64,000 nucleotides of DNA from Oikopleura dioica (taxonomy: Eukaryota; Animalia; Chordata): the NCBI GenBank assembly GCA_907165135.1, contig OU015568.1:13082001-13146000 (forward strand). The letters are read 5' to 3'. Under the pieces are notes generated by a model. That model saw only the letters and a list, made by a program, of their open reading frames with translations, searched no databases and was not told where the DNA came from. The position numbers and the translations under genes were made by a program. Within the stretch, counting starts at the first letter, position 1. The number at the start of each line of letters is the position of its first letter. Of this stretch, positions 55,154-64,000 are shown one piece after another.

Positions 55154-55381
55154 ATGCGGACTTTGGTATTTTTATGTATGTTCTGCATTTTACAGATAGA
55201 AGCGCGCAGAGGATCATCGAATAGAAGACGAACCAGAGGATCCCGTCGAAGACCTGTGCCAGAGAATAGACAAATCAACCATGAGTACTTTAACTGTGTT
55301 GCAAATTTTCTTTGTCCAAATGATGTCTCGCTCGACACTTGCAGACACGAAGCTGTCCGCACTTGCTCAGCAAAGTATTAA
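55154..55381 (+). CDS. Small secreted Arg-rich, 4-Cys peptide precursor (75 aa)
   Basis: Signal peptide MRTLVFLCMFCILQIEA, basic stretch, C-x5-C-x8-C-x7-C; TATAAA at 55080-55085. Confidence 0.65.
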   Translation: MRTLVFLCMFCILQIEARRGSSNRRRTRGSRRRPVPENRQINHEYFNCVANFLCPNDVSLDTCRHEAVRTCSAKY

Positions 55382-55929
55382 ATGCTCACAGTCCATAAAC
55401 GAAACGCTTAAAACGTCCGAGTATATCCGTAAATGTTGTATCATAGTAGCAGCTAGCGTTTTCAAAAGACCTGCCTTTCATTACCACTTCAACTGTATCA
55501 TAACTTTCACGAGAAGACTGTAGAAAAAAAGCTTTTCTATAAGCCTCACATTCTGTAGTATTACTATGTAAATACACTGTACAGGGGGCGCTCCATCGCA
55601 CCATCCCGGCTTTCTGAGTTCAAATTCTTATTTAATTGCTTAATAAACTCTAACATTCACTGCGAGACAAATTACTTCCGGATTTTTATTTTTGTTGATA
55701 AGCAGGTAAAGGCGATAATTAGAGTCAAGAGAATTCACTCTTCTGGGTATGCTAACTGCTGGGTTCGATCCTTTCCAGTAAATCTTTCAAGGAGACAAGT
55801 TTCTATCGTATAGCAGACAAAAGTGTTGAACTTTGATAGATATTGATGAAAACAGAATTATGATGCTGTTTATTTATTCAGGAACATATTAAGAGGGGTG
55901 AACAAATAAGCGATAGTCTATTTTTGAGT

Positions 55930-56970
55930 TCATTCATCCGTTAGATTTTTCATAGCATTAAAATTATCGCATAATAAGTAAGCAAACGAACATTTTCCTG
56001 ATAAACTCGTTTTAATTCACATAACGCTTCCAATCTCCTTGTTGATTTCAGTCATTGTGTTGAGCAACAAGTTATGGCCCTTCTCAGCAGCCTTAACAAA
56101 TGGTAAAACGTAAATTTCGATAAATGAACGACCTGAATGATGTTCATCAGTTGTCGATTCGCGGTTTTCAGCGGTTCCATTTCAACATTTGCCTTGGCAA
56201 TATCCTTTTCCATAAGTTCAGCGGTTTCTTTTTGAAATTTAACATTGTTCTTGAGCTCAGTAATTCGTTGATTGTTTGCTTTCTTCTGCGCTTAAATTAT
56301 ATTTAATTGACTTGTCTTAAAGATCTCTAAGATAATATGTCTTCGAGTATTTTAAGAAATATTTAACTACCGATTTATTTAAAGCCTAACTTTGCCGGCT
56401 ACCTGTAAGATCGTTGACAATTTCAGAATGCACATTGCAAGTTCCTTTCAAACTGGAAAGTTGCTTGTTCAAATCCCTGATGTGATTCTTTGAAGCTTCA
56501 AGTGTATTTTCCATCGAGTTTATCTGCAAGCTCGCAGCTAACACCTAAAGTTAAGCTCTCTAAAAATAGTTCTACAAGAATTGAACCTTGTCCATCAGAC
56601 GTTTTCGAATTTCTTTTTCTTCCTCTGTAAACCCAAGCTCTTCTTCGACGGCAAGGTGAAGCTGTCTTCTGATGAGGCGGATGTCATGCTCTCCGAATCT
56701 TGAAGACGTTTTTCAGCAAGTTTTTAGAGTATTATTAATCAGATAGTTTTACGCCTAATGTTTTGACTAAAATGCATGTAGAAGTTGCTGACAGAATCAT
56801 CAGATAATATATTGACAAATTTGATAACGATTAATTGGCGAATATTTTAATCGACAGGCAAACAACTACTAAGTTAGTAGTCACCTCAATATTTGACCGC
56901 GTTTGCCGTCTTTGATAATTGGCTTGTTCTCATCATCTGCTTTCGCGTCCTTCTTCGGCGCATCTGCCAT
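55930..56970 (-). CDS. Coiled-coil hypothetical protein; 3' end approximate
   Basis: ATG 56970 (MADAPKKDAKADD); spliced exons with heptad character (INSMENTLEASKNHIRDLNKQLSSLK; ITELKNNVKFQKETAELMEKDI). Confidence 0.55.
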
Positions 56971-57168
56971 TATTTGTTTTCTTTAAGTCTCTCCTTTTTA
57001 TTTTTTCTTTGCACGTTTTCTAGTTCTGCGAGATCTGCGCCCTCGTGCAAAGCCTTTTGATATTTTATTGAGTCAGTGTGCGTCCCCGCACTTGAACCTT
57101 TCTCATCACTCATACGACCTTTTTGATAGTAAGCAGTTTATTAATAAATATTGTGCAGTGTATAGAAA

Positions 57169-60100
57169 TCAAGCATTTAATCCGTAGAGATCATCAGATT
57201 GTTGGATAGCCTCGTCAATAACTCGTTCGTATGTGGCGAAGTGATCCTGAACATTTCATGTCCTTCTCTATTTTTGAGTCCCTTTTTCGTACCTCAAATA
57301 GAAAAAGGTGCTTTTCGATCGCTGGAAGAACTTTGAAGTACCACTCGTGAATGTCTTTTTGTGTTTCCGTCTTGTCTTCAACGAATTCTTCAAACTCTTC
57401 TGCGTGGTTTTTCTTTTGAATATCATGTGATGAGAATTCATCATCACTAAAGCCAAGATACAGAGTGTTGGGTAAGGTAAGTACCTTTCATCGTCAGATA
57501 AGTTCATATTATCAATCGCTGTCAGGAAGTTTTTCTGTTCATCTGCTGATGCCGATTCCTTGTATTTCGCCTGTTCGAATGAAACTTGAAATTCGTCGAC
57601 GAGAACAGCAATGATCAAGTTCAAAAATACCATCGACATAACGAAGATGTAAGCTGAAAGATTATAAAATCGTTTTCTGATCGATGTCTATTCTACCAAT
57701 CAAGTAAGCAAGAAGAGGTTTGTTGATAGTCTCGCCATTAGAGCTCGGATTGAACCTGTTTACAGAACCTTCCTGAACACGAGGTCAAGAAAAGGATAAA
57801 CTTTAGAATCTAAAGTTTAGATAGACCTCAAAAGTGTTGACCTTTCCTGAAGAATTTCAAACCAATCGTCAAGAGTTAAAAGTTGAAAGAGGGTGAAAAA
57901 CGTGAGCATCATGTTTCCAAATTGTGATGGGAGAATTCTTCCAAAAAGAGAACAGCCGATGATTCCGAAAATGATGAGGATTCCTCCCATAAGTTTGAGA
58001 AAGGGTTTAAGATTCCACATTGCTTTGATGATGGTCGTAATGTATGTTTCTATAAATTTTGGTTACCAAGCGAAATTCATCCAACTCTCACCAAGTTTTT
58101 TCACCCACTTGAGAGCTCGAACAACTCGAAGAATTCTCACAGATCTAAGAAGTCTGAGCAATTTTGCTGTTCGCGCTACATTAGCCGCATCAGCTGCTCC
58201 ACCACCGCTTGTATTAGTTTTTCCATCGCTGGTTTTTTCCATGTAAATTGGATACACCAAATCGAAGACTGAAAAGCGTCTTAGTCTTGAAAAGAGGTAA
58301 TTGTCGGAGGAGATTAGTTCTTTCTTGTCGCGCGGGTCTTTTTTTACCTGAAATGAGTACGAGGATGAAATCGATGCGATCCCACCAGCTTTCGACAAAG
58401 TAGGACCACCGGAAAATGTACACCTTTATCAAGCATTCGACGATATAGGCAGCAACGAATATGTTTTCCAATGTTGAAATCAAGTTGCCATGGCTTTGAA
58501 CGAGGTTTCCTAACAAAATCAAGTCGATAAAACGTTCTTTTGAGATTTAGAAATCCGATTCCTAGCGACAAAGTCTCTTGACTGGGGAATATGGGGCATG
58601 ATTGGGGTTGCGCTCGTGGGATTTTGGCCCGAAACGACTTGTTTTCAAAAAACGCTGAAACCACGAGACCATAGGTGAAAATAGGCATAAATTCCATAAA
58701 AATTAGTAAAAATTAAAAATTTTTGATTTTTGGTCGCAAAATAGCGATTTAAAAAAAAAAACCACGAGTTTCGGACATTTGGTCAAATTACTCATGCCCA
58801 CAACGACCAACAACCAAACCGACACCACCACAAGATAGCTCAGACGATGCTCTCTATAAATCAATTGAAACCTCGTCCGGTAGTGCCCGGTAACGAAAAT
58901 GCGGCCCATTTGAAAATTTCCGTTTTGGCGTAAAAATCGCCATTTTAGATTATCGGATTTAATATGCTAATAAAATGAACAAAAGGGGCCGTCTCAGCCC
59001 CGTTCCTTGATTATTTAATTTAAGGGGCTTGCCGGCCCTTCGGGCCGTCTCAGCCCCGTTCCTTGATTATTTAATTTAAGGGGCTTGCCGGCCCTTCGGG
59101 CCGTCTCAGCCCCGTTCCTTGATTATTTAATTTAAGGGGCTTGCCGGCCCTTCGGGCCGTCTCAGCCCCGTTCCTTGATTATTTAATTTAAGGGGCTTGC
59201 CGGCCCTTCGGGCCGTCTCAGCCCCGTTCCTTGATTATTTAATTTAAGGGGCTTGCCGGCCCTTCGGGCCGTCTCAGCCCCGTTCCTTGATTATTTAATT
59301 TAAGGGGCTTGCCGGCCCTTCGGGCCGTCTCAGCCCCGTTCCTTGATTATTTAATTTAAGGGGCTTGCCGGCCCTTCGGGCCGTCTCAGCCCCGTTCCTT
59401 GATTATTTAATTTAAGGGGCTTGCCGGCCCTTCGGGCCGTCTCAGCCCCGTTCCTTGATTATTTAATTTAAGGGGCTTGCCGGCCCTTCGGGCCGTCTCA
59501 GCCCCGTTCCTTGATTATTTAATTTAAGGGGCTTGCCGGCCCTTCGGGCCGTCTCAGCCCCGTTCCTTGATTATTTAATTTAAGGGGCTTGCCGGCCCTT
59601 CGGGCCGTCTCAGCCCCGTTCCTTGATTATTTAATTTAAGGGGCTTGCCGGCCCTTCGGGCCGTCTCAGCCCCGTTCCTTGATTATTTAATTTAAGGGGC
59701 TTGCCGGCCCTTCGGGCCGTCTCAGCCCCGTTCCTTGATTATTTAATTTAAGGGGCTTTCCGGCCCTTCGGGCCGTCTCAGCCCCGTTCCTTGATTATTT
59801 AATTTAAGGGCTTGCCGGCCCTTCGGGCCGTCTCAGCCCCGTTCCTTGATTATTTAATTTAAGGGGCTTGCCGGCCCTTCGGGCCGTCTCAGCCCCGTTC
59901 CTTGATTATTTAATTTAAGGGGCTTGCCGGCCCTTCGGGCCGTCTCAGCCCCGTTCCTTGATTATTTAATTTAAGGGGCTTGCCGGCCCTTCGGGCCGTC
60001 TCAGCCCCGTTCCTTGATTATTTAATTTAAGGGGCTTGCCGGCCCTTCGGGCCGTCTCAGCCCCGTTCCTTGATTATTTAATTTAAGGGGCTTGCCGGCC

Positions 60101-62223
60101 CTTCGGGCCGTCTCAGCCCCGTTCCTTGATTATTTAATTTAAGGGGCTTGCCGGCCCTTCGGGCCGTCTCAGCCCCGTTCCTTGATTATTTAATTTAAGG
60201 GCTTGCCGGCCCTTCGGGCCGTCTCAGCCCCGTTCCTTGATTATTTAATTTAAGGGGCTTGCCGGCCCTTCGGGCCGTCTCAGCCCCGTTCCTTGATTAT
60301 TTAATTTAAGGGCTTGCCGGCCCTTCGGGCCGTCTCAGCCCCGTTCCTTGATTATTTAATTTAAGGGCTTGCCGGCCCTTCGGGCCGTCTCAGCCCCGTT
60401 CCTTGATTATTTAATTTAAGGGCTTGCCGGCCCTTCGGGCCGTCTCAGCCCCGTTCCTTGATTATTTAATTTAAGGGGCTTGCCGGCCCTTCGGGCCGTC
60501 TCAGCCCCGTTCCTTGATTATTTAATTTAAGGGGCTTGCCGGCCCTTCGGGCCGTCTCAGCCCCGTTCCTTGATTATTTAATTTAAGGGGCTTGCCGGCC
60601 CTTCGGGCCGTCTCAGCCCCGTTCCTTGATTATTTAATTTAAGGGGCTTGCCGGCCCTTCGGGCCGTCTCAGCCCCGTTCCTTGATTATTTAATTTAAGG
60701 GGCTTGCCGGCCCTTCGGGCCGTCTCAGCCCCGTTCCTTGATTATTTAATTTAAGGGGCTTGCCGGCCCTTCGGGCCGTCTCAGCCCCGTTCCTTGATTA
60801 TTTAATTTAAGGGGCTTGCCGGCCCTTCGGGCCGTCTCAGCCCCGTTCCTTGATTATTTAATTTAAGGGGCTTGCCGGCCCTTCGGGCCGTCTCAGCCCC
60901 GTTCCTTGATTATTTAATTTAAGGGGCTTGCCGGCCCTTCGGGCCGTCTCAGCCCCGTTCCTTGATTATTTAATTTAAGGGGCTTGCCGGCCCTTCGGGC
61001 CGTCTCAGCCCCGTTCCTTGATTATTTAATTTAAGGGCTTGCCGGCCCTTCGGGCCGTCTCAGCCCCGTTCCTTGATTATTTAATTTAAGGGCTTGCCGG
61101 CCCTTCGGGCCGTCTCAGCCCCGTTCCTTGATTATTTAATTTAAGGGCTTGCCGGCCCTTCGGGCCGTCTCAGCCCCGTTCCTTGATTATTTAATTTAAG
61201 GGCTTGCCGGCCCTTCGGGCCGTCTCAGCCCCGTTCCTTGATTATTTAATTTAAGGGGCTTGCCGGCCCTTCGGGCCGTCTCAGCCCCGTTCCTTGATTA
61301 TTTAATTTAAGGGGCTTGCCGGCCCTTCGGGCCGTCTCAGCCCCGTTCCTTGATTATTTAATTTAAGGGGCTTGCCGGCCCTTCGGGCCGTCTCAGCCCC
61401 GTTCCTTGATTATTTAATTTAAGGGCTTGCCGGCCCTTCGGGCCGTCTCAGCCCCGTTCCTTGATTATTTAATTTAAGGGGCTTGCCGGCCCTTCGGGCC
61501 GTCTCAGCCCCGTTCCTTGATTATTTAATTTAAGGGGCTTGCCGGCCCTTCGGGCCGTCTCAGCCCCGTTCCTTGATTATTTAATTTAAGGGGCTTGCCG
61601 GCCCTTCGGGCCGTCTCAGCCCCGTTCCTTGATTATTTAATTTAAGGGGCTTGACATAGGCGTGGGACTCTGAGGTGATCATTCTCAGTTACGTCCCCAA
61701 CCCCGCCCACACCCATTTGGTACAAAAATACAAATTAGGCAAGTCTTCCGCTCAATTATGGTTTCAATATAAATTTTTAAAAATAATTTTTTTTTTGATT
61801 TGCAAATTAAATATCCTACTTCGACTTTTTTCGACTCGAAAAAATCATTATTGAGCTTATAAAATGGTTGTCTAGGTTCGCTCAGGCTTAGTTTTGCAAA
61901 AATAAAAAAATCGATTTTTCGACACCTAAACCCTTAATTTTTCGTATTTTTTTTTATTTTTTTCTTGATTAGGACCTCAGAAATATGTCCACAAAATTTC
62001 ATTCCTCCAACTCAAGTGCAAAAAAAGTCGATTTTCCCACTGGCGCAACCCCAGGCATGATGAGTAGAACGATATTGATGAGAACGCAAAACTGAATCGT
62101 TGCGTTTAGAGTTGGTAGCCATTCGAATAAGATGCGCTGCGTTGTCGATCCTCCGTCCACTATTTTTTCGATCTTTTTGTTTGCTGCTTCTTCTTTTTTT
62201 ACTTCGTTTAGGCCGATTGTCAT
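57169..62223 (-). CDS. CATSPER1: Cation channel sperm-associated alpha subunit, CatSper1-like
   Basis: Single 6-TM domain; S4 LLRLLRSVRILRVVR; pore FTLFQLLTLDDW; S6 FLNLIIAVLVDEFQ. The S1 exon (~62040-62223) is separated by a ~3.5-kb intron. Confidence 0.8.
58986..61653. repeat. 56-bp tandem satellite, ~48 near-identical copies
   Basis: Unit GGGCCGTCTCAGCCCCGTTCCTTGATTATTTAATTTAAGGGGCTTGCCGGCCCTTC; about ten 55-bp variants (GGG vs GGGG) and one substitution variant. Confidence 0.98.
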
Positions 62224-62852
62224 TCTTCGAAGGTGACTTACAGAGGTTCAAAATGACATGAATGATTGTTTCTTATCTTAGTATGATATCCTCGAAAATC
62301 TTGAAAAATTCATGTATATAACTTATATAATATAAGGAAACATAATGAAACTGATTTGATAAAAATGCTTTGGAACCTAAAATATGTGCCTCCTGATCTA
62401 AGGTCATTCGCCGAGAAGCTGTTCCAAATGCAGAAGCTCGTTGACTTGACCTGATTGATATGTTGGTGCTCCGTCTTCTATCTGCGAGCTGTTGCTGCTC
62501 ATAATTCTAGCGCGAAATCAACACATAAGGAAAAATCTCTGAGTCTTACCAAGCCTCCGAACACGTTTTTGACCATTTACACGTTCTTTCTTGCGGAATT
62601 TACGTGTAAGAAAGAAAATGCTAATTTTCATAAACATTTCTTACGATCTAGAGACTGGTTCTCGAGACGAGCCGTAATGTTCTGAGTGATTTTTCGATGT
62701 TGATAATTACTGACTAAAGTGATGAATGCATATTTGTGCCTTAAATTTGCTACTATGAAATAACAGCTTGATTTCGCCCGGGGGCGATTTTCGACCGCGG
62801 TGGAGGTGCCCGGTACGCTCGACCCTGGTTGAAAAAAACTAACAAATTCCAT

Positions 62853-63935
62853 ATGGATTTTCTTCTTGAGCAGCCATGGGGGCTGATAGCCTTCGCAGAG
62901 TTTATCCTCGTCCTTCTGTCAACTTACATGATTCTGCCGATGTATCTTCGAGTGTCGAACACCTTTTACGGCGCCTTTTATAGAGAGATGATAGCAGGTA
63001 CTTTTCTCACAAACATCATTATATTTTACACTTTATTGTCTCATTTCAATCCACATCTGTGTTTCTCACAAGATCATACCACCTAGGGAGTTCATCTTGC
63101 AATATTGTCGAACTAATCTGACCCAGCATAATTTATATACACGTAATCGTTCATTTTTTCTTCATAAGAATACGCTAGAACAAAAGATTACCGACTAAAA
63201 CTTAAAATAAGATGACGAGATGAACGATCAAGACGATGCCAACATTCTAATTCATTCCAACTCCAGAATCTCCTGCTTCGTCCAATCCTTCTTTGTGACA
63301 GTCGGCGCCTACTATCTCTGGTGGGTTGGTGCGCTCAATCTCTACGAGCCGGCACAAACTGGAAACGATCTCGTGAAACTTCTTCTTGCCGTGCATCTTG
63401 GACACACGGGCACGGAGTTCGTAAACGTTTACATCAAATCAGATTGGAAACAAAGAAACTATGACTTCTTCACTAACTACCACATGTACATCAAAATCAT
63501 TAAATGTTTATGCTTCATTGATGCTTTGGTAAGATATCATTTCGAGGCAAAAGAACGACGTTTAAGTTTAGAAAACTGCGAATTATGGGCTTATTCTCGC
63601 CTGGCGATTGATGATGGAGCTTCAAACCTTCTGGGAATGCCCTCTGTAAGTCCCGTATTTTATTGCCCTCAATTTAGTCAAAAATTTTCAGCTATTTCTA
63701 CTCCACTGCCTACTGCATGTTCGAAGATGACATTTTCAGCACAATAAGCACCTTCGCTTTCATGGGCTCAATCGTTCTTGGAGCTATCACTAGAATTTGG
63801 TTCTGGTGGTGCTTTTTCGGATTCTTCCCCGCACTCGATATTGGATTTTATTCCAGCTCGCTACTTTTCCTTAACTGTTTCCTTCTTGATGGATGTTTCT
63901 TTGCACGCGTTGTGGCCACCCAGTTGGGTGAGTAG
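62853..63935 (+). CDS. Multi-pass membrane protein, TLC (TRAM/LAG1/CLN8)-domain-like
   Basis: About 6-7 hydrophobic segments; RISCFVQS, LMMELQT and ITRI motifs resemble TLC-domain proteins. Transcribed divergently from CatSper. Confidence 0.55.
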
Positions 63936-64000
63936 ATATTCCTGAGTTCAGGCAAAGCAATTTCTGTACTTAGAGAAAATATAGCCCCAACCAATTCAAT

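Noticed and set aside
55700-55785. tRNA-like GGTTCGATCC motif
   Set aside because: No T-stem, acceptor stem or cloverleaf can be built.
58840-58930. Short matches between the satellite's left flank and the arms of element B (GATGCTCT; CCCATTT..GAAAATTTCCGTTTT)
   Set aside because: Matches are short, AT-rich and not collinear; no terminal inverted repeats found around the satellite.
58986-61653. CRISPR-like array (palindromic repeat with regular period)
   Set aside because: No variable spacers, since the units are identical end to end. No cas genes, and the context is eukaryotic.

Overview
Eukaryotic, very gene-dense DNA with many short (mostly <100 nt) introns, several GA-AG non-canonical introns and fast-evolving proteins. 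These traits fit the larvacean tunicate Oikopleura (inference from style; not confirmed). About 20 protein-coding genes are supported: EGF/ZP protein, EndoU, two damaged PAQR copies, a CUB-MAM protein, RSPH9, DRC2/CCDC65, DNAJB6-like, SLC35B1-like, a class B GPCR, a netrin-G-like protein, a bacterial-type diaminopimelate decarboxylase, ANKEF1, MCM6, a small secreted Arg/Cys peptide, CatSper1-like and a TLC-like protein, plus several hypothetical genes. The most striking non-genic structure is a family of three fully palindromic elements of about 0.95 kb. Each has TAGG...CCTA ends and an 8-bp target-site duplication (hAT-type signature), and each carries RGKTCA direct repeats spaced mostly by 4 bp (nuclear-receptor DR4-like) next to its hairpin centre. 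Also present: an unrelated 1.9-kb foldback element inside a PAQR exon that could be spliced out in frame as a GA-AG intron, a nested 434-bp element, and a 48-copy 56-bp hairpin satellite in a CatSper intron that resembles repeats inside the foldback element. Gene models were assembled by eye, so exon boundaries are approximate.
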